Below, in pieces: positions 46,337 to 56,912 of a DNA stretch of 64,000 nt. Below the pieces are notes generated by a model, which was not told the origin of the DNA, searched no databases, and saw nothing but the letters and a program-made list of their open reading frames with translations. The position numbers were made by a program, and so were the translations under genes. This DNA comes from an uncultured Spirochaetota bacterium (GTDB taxonomy: Bacteria; Spirochaetota; Brevinematia; Brevinematales; JAOACQ01), in contig CAWIGG010000004.1 of assembly GCA_963835575.1 (NCBI GenBank), forward strand, positions 384,001-448,000, read 5' to 3'. Within the stretch, counting starts at the first letter, position 1; the number at the start of each line of letters is the position of its first letter.

Positions 46337-46605
46337 AGATGGAAAAGAAAATTATAATGAGAATAATGATAATCGCGGAACTCATTAAAAATGACAGGAT
46401 AAGTGTGAATAATATTTCATTTTGAATATTGAGCCTTTTTCCGATTGATAAGCCCGTATTAATCATTAGAAAAGCGATAAACATGGCCATGAATTTGATT
46501 GAATAATTTTTCAGAGCATAATAGGCATAATATTTTTTAAAGTCATTATAAGTCAAACGCCCTTTTATAATCATTATCCGCTCCTTCTATTATATTCAGT
46601 TGTTA

Positions 46606-47112
46606 TTACAGCATATCGCTGTATGAACCGGAGACGAAATCATTTTCTTCTATTTCAAACAAATTTAAGTAATAACGGCATTGTTCCATCAATTTCTCTT
46701 TATTTCTTTTGCCGGACCTGTCGATCACTTCGATCTCGATAAAACTTCCCAGGTCTTTAACATTATCTATGTGGAATTTAATATTGTCAATAAAATAAAT
46801 TCCCCTTTTTTTATCGACGACTTTCATAATACCGAGCGAATCTTTTAAAATGCTTTTTAACGGCGATCCCGGCCCGGATTGATAAAGACTGTAATGCGAT
46901 TCCTTCGGGCCCGCCTGATTGTTCCTTTCATAATAAATAAGGTTATTCTCAATATTTCCTTCCCTGAGCTTCAACCTGCCGTTCCGGACATTAAAATAAG
47001 TGTCGACCTGATGGTCCAGCCCTTTAAAATCGGCTTTTAAATTTTGAAGAATAGTCCTGACTTTTTCGGGATTTTTTGTGCGGGCTTTTATTTCAATGTT
47101 AAGATAGTCCAT
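46606..47112 (-). CDS. CYTH-domain protein (class IV adenylate cyclase-like)
   Basis: NIEIKAR, QVDTYF, LKLRE, VDKKR, GSFIEIE, SYSDML. Confidence 0.9.
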   Translation of the reverse strand: MDYLNIEIKARTKNPEKVRTILQNLKADFKGLDHQVDTYFNVRNGRLKLREGNIENNLIYYERNNQAGPKESHYSLYQSGPGSPLKSILKDSLGIMKVVDKKRGIYFIDNIKFHIDNVKDLGSFIEIEVIDRSGKRNKEKLMEQCRYYLNLFEIEENDFVSGSYSDML

Positions 47113-47122
47113 TATTTCCCCT

Positions 47123-47947
47123 TTATTTTCCAATAAATTTTAAATGGACCATGGTCATGATTCTCAATAGATCCGTCATTAAAGCGCCTATTTTTCCTTT
47201 TCTGTCCAGTTTCTTTCTGATATCCCTGAACATGGGGATTTCGTCGATCAATTTAATTCTTGGGTCCCAGGACTCTATTATTCCGGCTTTTTTAATTCCC
47301 CATTTCAGGATGGAAGTACTGTCCATACCGCCGTCTTGAATGACCTTTTTATTGGCGACTTTTACGCCCAGCGGGGATGCAGAATCGAAAAATACCTCGC
47401 TTTCAGGAAATAACCCCGCTAATTTGATGAAAAATTCCCTCATCTGCTTCTCTTCAAAATAATAGAAAACACCCATGGCAAAAAAGAAAACATTATCATT
47501 GATCTTCAATTTCTTAAGCCAGGCATCATCCAGAAATGAGGACGCTATAAATTTCCTTCTGTCGTTTTCTTTGATAAATTCACTCCTGAGCTTGATGACA
47601 TCCGGCAGGTCAAGGTCATACCATAATAGGCGGCCGTTATCGACCCTTTCAAATGTGGTGTCGAGGCCGCAGCCGATGTTGACTATTGTTCCCCCGGAAT
47701 GTTTTTCTAAAAATGCCTTGATTGCCCTGTCGGTATGAATACAGCGGACAATCCATTGAAGCCGGCTGATCTCACTCATATTGCCGGCTATCGTTGAAAA
47801 ATCATAGTTAATTTTGTCAATGATATCAGCCGCTGTTTTGTCTATCAGCAGCGGGTCTTTTTTACGTGTTTCGGAAGCCCGTCCCCATAATGGGAGAAGC
47901 AAGGTCTTCTGAACGTCTTTGAGTTCCATCGCGATTTTTTCAGGCAT
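47123..47947 (-). CDS. Class I SAM methyltransferase (LCM/TcmP-like)
   Basis: TLLLPLWGRA, VNIGCGLDT, DLDLPDVI. Confidence 0.9.
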   Translation of the reverse strand: MPEKIAMELKDVQKTLLLPLWGRASETRKKDPLLIDKTAADIIDKINYDFSTIAGNMSEISRLQWIVRCIHTDRAIKAFLEKHSGGTIVNIGCGLDTTFERVDNGRLLWYDLDLPDVIKLRSEFIKENDRRKFIASSFLDDAWLKKLKINDNVFFFAMGVFYYFEEKQMREFFIKLAGLFPESEVFFDSASPLGVKVANKKVIQDGGMDSTSILKWGIKKAGIIESWDPRIKLIDEIPMFRDIRKKLDRKGKIGALMTDLLRIMTMVHLKFIGK

Positions 47948-48035
47948 TTTTATTCCTCCAAACAATTTCTGAAATAAAATTATAACCCGTTTTTATTTTA
48001 TAAAATTCATTTAATATCTCAAAATCAATTAGAAC

Positions 48036-48677
48036 TTAAGCTGCAGTATAGCTCTTTTCGGCAGTATGGACTTTTAAGGGGAAAAAGGCCGTTTTACTTT
48101 TTATATGATTTAATCCGCTCTTTGAAAACATATCTTTATACTCAGCGGTACTATAGAATCTTACATGCTCTTTTTCAATTTTTCTGGTATGGCTGTCAAT
48201 CCATTTTATCAGGAAATTGTCCGAGGTCAAATCCAGGATGTAAATTTTTCCTCCCGGCTTTAAAACCCTGTGAACTTCAGCAAGGGCTTTAAGCGGATTC
48301 AGATAATGATGAAAGGAATTGGTGCAGATGATATAATCGAAATAATTATTCTTGAGAGGCAAATCCTCAGAACTGGCTTTATAAAAGGCGATGTTATCCA
48401 ATCCCTGCGCGTTAATTCCGGCTTTTTCAACCATTTCTTTCGAGATATCAATGCCTATGAAATTTCCCCTGCCCTTCAGAAGTGAACACACATAACACAC
48501 GGCCCAGCCGGTCCCGCAGCCTAAATCCAGAAAGTTTGAATTTTCGCGCAGGTCCAGCATTGAAATGACCATTTTCTGCATCAATCTGAAATAATCATGC
48601 TTTTTTTTATCAAATGTTCTTGCCCTGATATCCCATTTTTTTTCATTGGCCTTATCATGATTGTCCTTATTGATCAT
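48036..48677 (-). CDS. Class I SAM methyltransferase (UbiE-like)
   Basis: LDLGCGTG, GIDIS, FHHY, RVLKPGG. Confidence 0.92.
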   Translation of the reverse strand: MINKDNHDKANEKKWDIRARTFDKKKHDYFRLMQKMVISMLDLRENSNFLDLGCGTGWAVCYVCSLLKGRGNFIGIDISKEMVEKAGINAQGLDNIAFYKASSEDLPLKNNYFDYIICTNSFHHYLNPLKALAEVHRVLKPGGKIYILDLTSDNFLIKWIDSHTRKIEKEHVRFYSTAEYKDMFSKSGLNHIKSKTAFFPLKVHTAEKSYTAA

Positions 48678-48827
48678 ATTGCCTCCATTGTATACTGAAT
48701 TGATTGTTGATATCGGCTATTATGCCCCGGCCGGTTAAATTAATATTAATGATTGGATCGATTTATTTCAATTTTGTAAATTCTTTATATCAATAGAGTT
48801 TCATTGTATAATCGAGCTGGTCTAACA

Positions 48828-49139
48828 TTAAAACTTACCGCTGATAAACCCGATGAGAAGACCTCCGATAAGGCCGATTAAATTGATCGGCAGATAGGCG
48901 CGGGTTATGATGGAAGTCGGCAGGCTAAAGGAAAGGCCTATTAAGCCGCCTGTGACAATCGGCGGCATGCCGATATTTGCATTCGGTATAATAAAACCGA
49001 TAAAAAACCGTTCCAGAAAAGCGCTGATAATGGCTTCCATGCGTTTGCGCTTATCGTCAAACTTCATCGGCAGCATGATCAACGCGTCAATCAGGCCGAA
49101 AGCCAGACCGCAGATCAAACCCAGTATTATATGATTCAT
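48828..49139 (-). CDS. Small membrane protein
   Basis: Gly-rich hydrophobic helices, GGAGG SD. Confidence 0.75.
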   Translation of the reverse strand: MNHIILGLICGLAFGLIDALIMLPMKFDDKRKRMEAIISAFLERFFIGFIIPNANIGMPPIVTGGLIGLSFSLPTSIITRAYLPINLIGLIGGLLIGFISGKF

Positions 49140-49440
49140 AAAACCTCCCATAAATTAATTAATTTATTATGATGATTGCAATTTACTCTATTTATTAACT
49201 GTAAATGAAGTTGAATCAAGGACAAAAAAAGTAATTAATATTTTAGGTAAATTATTAACGAATCGCAAATTTTTTATTATCCATCATTGAATTATTTTTC
49301 TTTATTTCTATATCAATATCCGAAATTCTCTTTATAATACTTATATCAGGATTTTTTCACTCTCTCTTTGACATAACTGATTAATTTGACTAAAATACTA
49401 TATTATTTCAACTTTTTTTAACAGTATAAAAGAGGTTTCT

Positions 49441-51501
49441 ATGGAAACTGGCGCTCCCAATCCGAAAGAGTACATGGAAATTCCGGGCTGGGTATCCTAT
49501 GATGAAAGGCAGAAACTGGAGATTTCAAACGACCTGGGAATTTTTGATAAGAATGAGCTTGCTGTATTCTTTGCCGTTGCCGAGTATGCCGACAAATACA
49601 AAACGTCCTATCTCCCTCTTCAGAATTTTTATAAATACCTCTATGAATATGGCCTTCGCACAAACGTTAACGCCTTAAAGGTCGAGGACAATATTGTCGC
49701 CCTTCTCCGGAAGGTTTATTATTATCTTCACAGAAAGAACTACTGCAAATCAGAGATGAATGATAATAAAATTACCGCTATTATACTGCTGGACCCCCAA
49801 AGCTTGAAGCCTGAAGAAGTGCAGAGTCTCCTGCAGAGGCTGAAAAGGGAATACGAACCGATAAAAGAGGATTATGACAAACCCTTCATTACCGGCGATT
49901 ATGTGCCGAAAAGCGGCCTTTCCAGCAAAGTGATTACGGTTATATCAATCCGCGAATTATCCCAGCAGAGGATAGCCGAATTGATTAAAGGACCGCCTCT
50001 TACAAAAATCGTTTTTCCGTCAAATAATGATATTATATTACTGACGGAGGATCTGCCATACCTGCTTGATCTGGCTTTTGATAAACTGAAAAAGCACCTT
50101 TCAAAAAACAGGGATGTCAGCATGCTGGTTCTTTCCAAATTGAAACAGCAGTTTCAGAGCCTGGCGACTGTCAATAAAATGGATTCCATCATCAGATCAA
50201 GCAATATCGACCCGAAGCTCTGGGCCTCGCTGGCGACTGAAATTGTGAACATGTCGCTTTCAAGCGAGAAAGCCTCATCAATTTTTCAATCCAGCGAGAT
50301 CGTAAAGTATATGTCGATCCTGAAAAGCGACGAGATCCAGAAGAAGTCGCATTCTGATAAATCCATAGAAGTCCTGCTGAAAATCATGGAAACATATCCC
50401 CTGCCTTTTTCCAAATCACAACTGCTTCAGATGCGTGAAAAACATGCCTACCTCAAGCTTCATTCTGAAAGGGACTATATCGACCTGGTCAATTATTTTA
50501 TCAAGAATTATTCTTCGGCGGAGGCCGTTGATGTGCCGCCGCTTTTACTTCCGGTAAAGGTCGGTGAGGAACAAAAATACCTTCACAGGAACCACTTTCT
50601 GACGAATTTTTTTGAAAAACTTGATTCTATTTCTTATGAGATTAAAAAACAATTTAATGATAAAATGGACCAGAAGAAAGAGGCTTTCCTTAAAGACCCG
50701 CTGATGAGAAATCCGGACGTTTTTGATAATTATGTGGAGGAATATTTCCGCAAGCAGGACCCGATGATTGTGCAGTTTATTGAAAATCCTTCCCTCTTAT
50801 ATTCCCTGCTTTTATTCTACGGTAAAAATGAATCGAGGATCTCTTCGGAGATCAGCCGTTTTTTCTATTCCCCGGCCAGGGAAAATGAAGCGCCGCATAG
50901 AAGAAATATAAGCGATATTCTTCTGATCAGCTGGGAAAAAATGCTCAAAGAAGCCAGAAACAGGGTCCCTTTCATATATAAAATTCCCTTCATAGGCCTG
51001 CTCCTCAAATGGCTGAAAGGGTTCGGGAAATATATGGACAAAGCCGTTGAAAACCAGCTGCAGGAAAAGAAAAAGCAGCCCAAATTATCCCAGCTTCTTG
51101 TTGTAAAAAAGAAGATAAAAGCAAAGCCGGCCCAGGAACAGAAGGAAGTGCCCAATGTTCAGGAAGAAAAAGAAAAACAAAAAGCAAAAATGATACAGGA
51201 ACAGATGATATCCCTGCAGAAAAAACTAATAGGCAATAAAAATCCGGATGAGATGCTCGCGTATTTTGAAGGTAAGTGGAACCGGACTATCAATCCTGAA
51301 GCCCGTCAGGAGAATGTCGAAATGATCAAAACAAAAATCCAGCACAGGCTCGGGTTTATGAAAAAAATTACCGCAGATACCGTCAGAAAGGAAATGTCAG
51401 ATATGATGCGGACGGAGCCGGTTTTTAAGAAAGTTTCCGATATTGAATCCTTGAAAAAATACATCCTTCTCTTTATGACCAAATATTATACAACTAAATA
51501 A
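49441..51501 (+). CDS. Large hypothetical protein (686 aa)
   Basis: Long ORF with GAGG SD and no recognisable catalytic motif. Confidence 0.75.
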   Translation: METGAPNPKEYMEIPGWVSYDERQKLEISNDLGIFDKNELAVFFAVAEYADKYKTSYLPLQNFYKYLYEYGLRTNVNALKVEDNIVALLRKVYYYLHRKNYCKSEMNDNKITAIILLDPQSLKPEEVQSLLQRLKREYEPIKEDYDKPFITGDYVPKSGLSSKVITVISIRELSQQRIAELIKGPPLTKIVFPSNNDIILLTEDLPYLLDLAFDKLKKHLSKNRDVSMLVLSKLKQQFQSLATVNKMDSIIRSSNIDPKLWASLATEIVNMSLSSEKASSIFQSSEIVKYMSILKSDEIQKKSHSDKSIEVLLKIMETYPLPFSKSQLLQMREKHAYLKLHSERDYIDLVNYFIKNYSSAEAVDVPPLLLPVKVGEEQKYLHRNHFLTNFFEKLDSISYEIKKQFNDKMDQKKEAFLKDPLMRNPDVFDNYVEEYFRKQDPMIVQFIENPSLLYSLLLFYGKNESRISSEISRFFYSPARENEAPHRRNISDILLISWEKMLKEARNRVPFIYKIPFIGLLLKWLKGFGKYMDKAVENQLQEKKKQPKLSQLLVVKKKIKAKPAQEQKEVPNVQEEKEKQKAKMIQEQMISLQKKLIGNKNPDEMLAYFEGKWNRTINPEARQENVEMIKTKIQHRLGFMKKITADTVRKEMSDMMRTEPVFKKVSDIESLKKYILLFMTKYYTTK

Positions 51502-51542
51502 TACACCCAAGTTTACATCCGTAAAAAATAATTTATTTTTTC

Positions 51543-51597
51543 TTGACATTTGATAATGCCTCAGTTATATTTATGCCATTATAGGGGGGTAGGGTAT
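51543..51597 (+). promoter_or_regulatory. Promoter and candidate CsoR operator
   Basis: TTGACA-17 nt-TATATT, then G-tract ATAGGGGGGTAGGGTAT just before the ATG. G/C tracts are characteristic of CsoR/RcnR operators. Confidence 0.6.
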
Positions 51598-51912
51598 ATG
51601 CAAGATAAGCCTGAATATACTTGTGAACATCATAATGATAGGGTGGCCCATCACTCTGAAGAGGTGAAAAAGGGCATCGCGAAGCGTCTTAATAAAATTG
51701 TAGGGCAGGTGCGCGGTATTGCAAAAATGGTGGAGCAGGATATCTACTGCGACCATGTCCTGAACCAGATCACGTCGGCCCAGGCGGCCTTAAACGGCGT
51801 CCGGACGCTCCTTCTGGAACTGCATATTAAAAGCTGCATTCTGGATCAGATAAAGGAAGGAAATACCGGAGTGATCGATGAGCTGATGAAAACCATAGGC
51901 AGAATGCATTAA
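51598..51912 (+). CDS. csoR: Copper-sensing repressor CsoR
   Basis: RLNKIVGQVRGI, YCDHVLNQ, HIKSC (Cys-His-Cys fingerprint). Confidence 0.92.
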   Translation: MQDKPEYTCEHHNDRVAHHSEEVKKGIAKRLNKIVGQVRGIAKMVEQDIYCDHVLNQITSAQAALNGVRTLLLELHIKSCILDQIKEGNTGVIDELMKTIGRMH

Positions 51913-51938
51913 TTGAATAAACTAACTAGGAGGATCTT

Positions 51939-53780
51939 ATGCCCGATACGGTTATCAGAAAAACACTTAACGTTGAAGGAATGTCATGTTCAGGCTGTGA
52001 AAATAAAATTGAGAGGGCCCTGAATAAAACGGATGGAGTCAAAAAAGTAAGGGCTTCTTCAGCAAGAGCCCATGTCTACGTGGAATATGAAGAGGATAAA
52101 GTTAACATTAATAAGATCAGGGATAAAATCGAAGCCCTTGATTATAAAGTAACCGGTGAAAAAGGAGCCCCGCCGGCCGGGACAAAAGACGATATCAAAA
52201 AATCGCTTCTGCAGGTGTTCGGGCTGGGCATCATCATATTCGCGGTCTATTTTATCCTGCAGAACACTATAGGGTTCAATTTTATCCCGAAGATCGACCA
52301 GTCCATGAGTTTCGGTCTCCTTTTTGTGACAGGTCTTTTGACTTCGCTCCACTGCATCGCCATGTGCGGCGGGATCAATATTTCCCAATGCATGACAGCC
52401 GGTAAAGACGAAGCGGCAGGGAAATTCAAAGGATTTCTTCCCTCCTTTCTCTATAATTCCGGCAGGGTTGTATCCTATACGGTCATCGGCGGGATTGTCG
52501 GCGCAGTCGGATCGGTCTTTAATTTTTCCAATACGGCGAAAGCGATCATCGCGCTCATCGCGGGCGTATTTATGGTCTTCCTTGGGTTAAAAATGCTGGG
52601 CATTTTTTCATTCCTGGATAAAATAAATGTTCGCATCCCGTTTTTATCAAGTACAAAACTGGCCGAAAAAGCCTCCGGCTACGGTCCGTTTGTTGTGGGC
52701 TTACTGAACGGCTTCATGCCGTGCGGCCCTCTTCAGACCATGCAGCTCTACGCACTGGGTACGGGAAGTTTTTTAACCGGGGCGCTTTCGATGTTCTTCT
52801 TCAGCGTCGGGACCGTACCGCTGATGTTCGGAGTGGGCGCGGCGAGTACTCTGATGAGCAAGAAAGTGACCGCGAATGTTTTCAAGATAAGCGGAGCTGT
52901 TGTGATGCTGCTCGGCCTGATCATGGTAAACCGGGGCCTGAGCTTTGCCGGAAAACCGGTGACTTTGGCATCTAACACAGGCTTTAAGGTGGCGCAGGTA
53001 GAGGGAAATACGCAGACCGTGGAAATTAAGGTCTCCCCTAACTCTTACGAGCCGATAGTCGTCCAGAAGGGTATCCCTGTCCGCTGGGTGATCCATGTCA
53101 GCGAGAGCGATCTGAACGGCTGCAACAACGCCATTGTGGTGCCCAAATATAATATCCAGAAAAAGCTTGTCCCGGGGGATAATATTATTGAATTTACGCC
53201 CCAGGAAGAAGGGACGATAGCCTATTCCTGCTGGATGGGAATGATCAAGAGCAGGATTGATGTCGTGAACAACATTTCAAAAGTTAAAATCGATACAGCT
53301 GATAATAAACTCAATTTAAACAGCAATACCAGCAATTCCGCCGGGGAACAGAACAGCTTCATTCCATCGGACAGGATTGCCGCGGCGAAAATTGAAAATG
53401 GTATACAGAGGATTGTTGTGAATGTGTATTCGTCCGGTTATTCACCCTCTGTGCTTGTCCTCCAGCGGGGTGTTAAAGCTAAAATCACTTTCAAGCCTGT
53501 CCAGCTGACGAGCTGCAACTATCAGATCGTTTTCCCCGAGTTCAACGGTTCCCTGGATTTAAGGCAGGGAGCTGTAGAAACTCCGGATATCCCTGCGACA
53601 GGGGATTTTACATTCCAGTGCGGAATGGGAATGCTGCATGGTTATGTCAAGGTGGTCGACGATCTGAGCAAGGCGGACCTGGCGAAGATCAGCCGTGATA
53701 TTCCGCCTCAGACGGCCCAGGGCTCAGGCTGCTGCGGCGGCGGCGGAAATTCCGGCTGCTGCGGAGGAGCTAATTTATAA
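51939..53780 (+). CDS. HMA + TauE/DsbD_2-type membrane domain + two cupredoxin-like domains
   Basis: GMSCSGC, HCIAMCGG, GFMPCG, YSCWMGM, FQCGMGM. Confidence 0.85.
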   Translation: MPDTVIRKTLNVEGMSCSGCENKIERALNKTDGVKKVRASSARAHVYVEYEEDKVNINKIRDKIEALDYKVTGEKGAPPAGTKDDIKKSLLQVFGLGIIIFAVYFILQNTIGFNFIPKIDQSMSFGLLFVTGLLTSLHCIAMCGGINISQCMTAGKDEAAGKFKGFLPSFLYNSGRVVSYTVIGGIVGAVGSVFNFSNTAKAIIALIAGVFMVFLGLKMLGIFSFLDKINVRIPFLSSTKLAEKASGYGPFVVGLLNGFMPCGPLQTMQLYALGTGSFLTGALSMFFFSVGTVPLMFGVGAASTLMSKKVTANVFKISGAVVMLLGLIMVNRGLSFAGKPVTLASNTGFKVAQVEGNTQTVEIKVSPNSYEPIVVQKGIPVRWVIHVSESDLNGCNNAIVVPKYNIQKKLVPGDNIIEFTPQEEGTIAYSCWMGMIKSRIDVVNNISKVKIDTADNKLNLNSNTSNSAGEQNSFIPSDRIAAAKIENGIQRIVVNVYSSGYSPSVLVLQRGVKAKITFKPVQLTSCNYQIVFPEFNGSLDLRQGAVETPDIPATGDFTFQCGMGMLHGYVKVVDDLSKADLAKISRDIPPQTAQGSGCCGGGGNSGCCGGANL

Positions 53781-53832
53781 AGATGTTATTGATTTCAGTT
53801 CAATAAGTTATTAGATTTTATAGAGGGATAAA

Positions 53833-56232
53833 GTGGAAAAAAATATAAATCTGGGCATTACAGGAATGTCATGCGCTTCATGCGCGCTGAGAATAGAAAA
53901 AGGCCTTCTCAATCTGAAAGGAGTGAAGAGCGCCAATGTAAACCTGGCGCTGGAAAAGGCGTCTGTTTCTTTTGATGAGAGCGCCGTCGAGCTGAAAAAA
54001 ATCGTAAAAAAGATCCAGGACCTGGGTTACGGTATAATAGAAGAGAGTAAAAACACCCGGTTTCTGACGGCCGATTTCAAGATCACCGGAATGTCATGCG
54101 CCTCATGCAGTTCCAGGATCGAAAAAAAGCTTTCCTCTCTGCAGGGTATAAAATCGGCGGCGGTCAATCTTGCCGCTGAAAAAGCACGAATCGAATACGA
54201 CAGCCGCAAAATCCAGCCGCAGACCATGATAAAAGCGGTCCATGATCTGGGTTATGAAGCCGAACTGTTGGGTGAACAGGCGCAGGACAGCGAAAAACTG
54301 GCCCGCAGAAAGGAAATGAAACATGCCGCGATACTTTTTATTTCATCAGCCGTCCTTTCTTTTCCTTTATTCCTGGGAATGCTCTTCATGCTTTTTAAAA
54401 TAGACTTTCCTCCTATACACGATCCGGTTTTTCAGCTTATCCTTGCGACGCCGATACAGTTTATCATCGGGTTCAGGTTTTATAAAAAATCCTTTTACAG
54501 CATCAAATCCCTCAGCCCGGGTATGGACCTCCTTGTCGCGATGGGAACCAGCGCGGCCTATTTTTTCAGTATTTATAACGCTTTCTTCGCCGGCAACAAA
54601 GAAAATCTTTACTTTGAAGCGAGCGCTATAATTATTACGCTTGTCCTTCTGGGTAAATACCTGGAAGCGGCCGCCAAGGGGAAAACTTCGGACGCGATCA
54701 AGAAACTGATCGGGCTTGCGCCCAAAACGGCGCGGGTCATTCGCGGCGGCCGGGAAAACGATATCCCTATAGAGGAAGTCGGCGTCGGGGACCGGATCAC
54801 CGTCCGGCCCGGCGAGAAGATACCAGTTGACGGCGTCATTCTGGAAGGTTATTCATCGGTTGATGAAAGTATGATAACCGGCGAAAGTATACCGGTTGAG
54901 AAAAAGACGGCCGACCTGGTTATCGGCGCGACGATCAATAAAAACGGTTCCTTTATATTCGAGGCGAAAAAGGTTGGGAAGGACACGGTCCTTTCCCAGA
55001 TCATCAGGATTGTCGAGGACGCGCAGGCTTCCAAGGCGCCGATACAGCAGATAGCCGATAAAGCGGCGGGGATTTTTGTCCCCTCTGTTCTGGGAATCGC
55101 CGTTATATCGTTTTTGGGCTGGTATTTTGGGACCGGAAGCTTTACAAAAGCGTTGATCAACGCCGTATCGGTGCTGGTTATCGCATGCCCTTGCGCCATG
55201 GGCCTCGCGACGCCGACGGCAATTATGGTCGGCACTGGAAAGGGCGCGGAAAACGGGATTTTGATAAAAAACGGCGAAAGCCTGGAAACGGCTTATAAAA
55301 TAAATGCCATTATTCTGGATAAAACCGGCACCGTCACGAAGGGGAAACCCGAATTGACGGATATCATCTGTTTTGGAGGAATTAAAGAAACCGAGCTTCT
55401 GAAAATAGCGGGGCGCGCTGAAAAAAAGTCGGAGCATCCGCTGGCGCTTGCCATCTATGAAAAAGCGAAAATGGAAAGCGCTATTTCCGACCCGGAAGAT
55501 TTTGTTGCTCTACCGGGCAAAGGCATCAGGGCTGTCATCGATAATAATACAGTATTAATCGGCACGAGGAAGCTGATGCAGGACAATGGCATGGATATTA
55601 AAGATGCCGAAGGAAATCTTCAAAGGCTGGAGGAAGAAGGAAAGACGGCGGTACTGATATCAATCGATAATAAAATCAGCGGCATCATCGGCGTTGCCGA
55701 TACGCTCAAGGATGATTCCATAGAAGCGATTGAAAGCCTCAAAAAGCTGGGCATGGAAATTTATTTGATCAGCGGCGATAATGAAAGGACGACCAGGGCG
55801 ATCGGAAATAAGGCCGGCATCACTCATGTCCTTTCGGAAGTCCTGCCGGAACACAAGGCGGATGAGGTTGTTAAACTTCAGAAGGCAGGAAAAATCGTCG
55901 CCATGGTCGGCGACGGGATCAACGACGCGCCGGCTCTCGCTAAAGCGGATGTAGGGATCGCCATCGGCACGGGAACGGACGTCGCCATTGAGACATCGGA
56001 CATCACGCTGATGAGGGGCAATTTAAAGAGCATCGCGTCGGCCATCAGGCTTTCTAAAAAAACGATTTCCAAGATAAAGCAGAACCTTTTCTGGGCCTTT
56101 TTCTACAATATCATCGGCATACCGTTCGCTTCGCTGGGATTTCTGAACCCCATCATCGCCGGAGCGGCTATGGCCTTCAGCTCTGTTTCGGTTGTCGCAA
56201 ACAGCCTGAGCCTGAAAAGGATCAAGATTTAA
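53833..56232 (+). CDS. copA: Cu(I)-translocating P1B-type ATPase
   Basis: Two GMSCASC domains, [26 protein letters not shown] and MAFSS. Confidence 0.96.
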   Translation: MEKNINLGITGMSCASCALRIEKGLLNLKGVKSANVNLALEKASVSFDESAVELKKIVKKIQDLGYGIIEESKNTRFLTADFKITGMSCASCSSRIEKKLSSLQGIKSAAVNLAAEKARIEYDSRKIQPQTMIKAVHDLGYEAELLGEQAQDSEKLARRKEMKHAAILFISSAVLSFPLFLGMLFMLFKIDFPPIHDPVFQLILATPIQFIIGFRFYKKSFYSIKSLSPGMDLLVAMGTSAAYFFSIYNAFFAGNKENLYFEASAIIITLVLLGKYLEAAAKGKTSDAIKKLIGLAPKTARVIRGGRENDIPIEEVGVGDRITVRPGEKIPVDGVILEGYSSVDESMITGESIPVEKKTADLVIGATINKNGSFIFEAKKVGKDTVLSQIIRIVEDAQASKAPIQQIADKAAGIFVPSVLGIAVISFLGWYFGTGSFTKALINAVSVLVIACPCAMGLATPTAIMVGTGKGAENGILIKNGESLETAYKINAIILDKTGTVTKGKPELTDIICFGGIKETELLKIAGRAEKKSEHPLALAIYEKAKMESAISDPEDFVALPGKGIRAVIDNNTVLIGTRKLMQDNGMDIKDAEGNLQRLEEEGKTAVLISIDNKISGIIGVADTLKDDSIEAIESLKKLGMEIYLISGDNERTTRAIGNKAGITHVLSEVLPEHKADEVVKLQKAGKIVAMVGDGINDAPALAKADVGIAIGTGTDVAIETSDITLMRGNLKSIASAIRLSKKTISKIKQNLFWAFFYNIIGIPFASLGFLNPIIAGAAMAFSSVSVVANSLSLKRIKI

Positions 56233-56246
56233 TATAAAAGGTTTAA

Positions 56247-56317
56247 ATAAAAAAAGCCCCGTAACGGTTCCCGAGTAGCCCATTAGGGCGTATCGAGGAA
56301 TACGGGGCTTTTTTTAT
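56247..56317. terminator. Bidirectional intrinsic terminator with a structured insert in its loop
   Basis: 17-bp stem ATAAAAAAAGCCCCGTA / TACGGGGCTTTTTTTAT between convergent genes. Confidence 0.8.
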
Positions 56318-56330
56318 AGTATTCAATAAT

Positions 56331-56771
56331 CTATGCAAACTTTTCCAGGTCCTTTTTCATCGATTCAATGGCTTTTATCTGATGCTGGATTATCAGGTCT
56401 TTCTGCTGAAGGTCGGATGTTTCAAGCTGGACAATTTTCTCCTCGCATTCTTCGATCCTGTTGAGAAGAGTGATCTTTGACACATGAGACAGCTTGTTTT
56501 CGCTGGAATCATTTTCCAGGGCTTTGATCGCTATGGCGGCGGTTTTTCTGACATATTCAGGCTTATCCTTATCTTTGGAGACATACTTAAAATATTCCAC
56601 AACAGCCTGGGCATGCTGGTCTTCATTAATGATGCCGTTACGCAGAAAGATCAGACCGATCGGTTCTGAAAATCCGATAGTCTTCATTGTGTATTCCTGT
56701 TCCTGTAGCGCTATATCCAGCTTCTGGGCGGTAATTAATCCGAGTTTGATCAAAACTTCTCCAAACTTCAT
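56331..56771 (-). CDS. MshEN/GspE-N-like domain protein with C-terminal coiled coil
   Basis: KFGEVLIKLGLITAQKLDIALQEQ followed by PIGLIFLRNGIINEDQHAQAV. Confidence 0.65.
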   Translation of the reverse strand: MKFGEVLIKLGLITAQKLDIALQEQEYTMKTIGFSEPIGLIFLRNGIINEDQHAQAVVEYFKYVSKDKDKPEYVRKTAAIAIKALENDSSENKLSHVSKITLLNRIEECEEKIVQLETSDLQQKDLIIQHQIKAIESMKKDLEKFA

Positions 56772-56912
56772 GAGGCGCCTCCAATAAAGGGATTTTATTT
56801 AAACAGAATGACAGAAAAACCAGTATTATTGTCGGAATTACACTATCAATAAGTAAAGCCGGCGTTCTCAATTTTAGAGCCTCATTTTTTAATAAGTGAT
56901 ATCATATAATAA

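Larger units (their letters stand above)
44380..46574 (-). pseudogene. YcxB-family membrane protein split by an IS
   Basis: N-half MIIKGRLTYNDF...IFFSI (46574-46337). C-half RVKRMYK...WNDFTKAFEHKDIIFIY...AIILPQKYF (44663-44380). Confidence 0.8.

Noticed and set aside
42344..49139. Integron cassette array among the small minus-strand genes
   Set aside because: Genes abut or overlap, and no attC-like spacers or integrase are present.
56256..56308. HDV-like ribozyme, suggested by UCCUCG on the minus strand
   Set aside because: The nested double pseudoknot cannot be built; a simple long hairpin explains the sequence.
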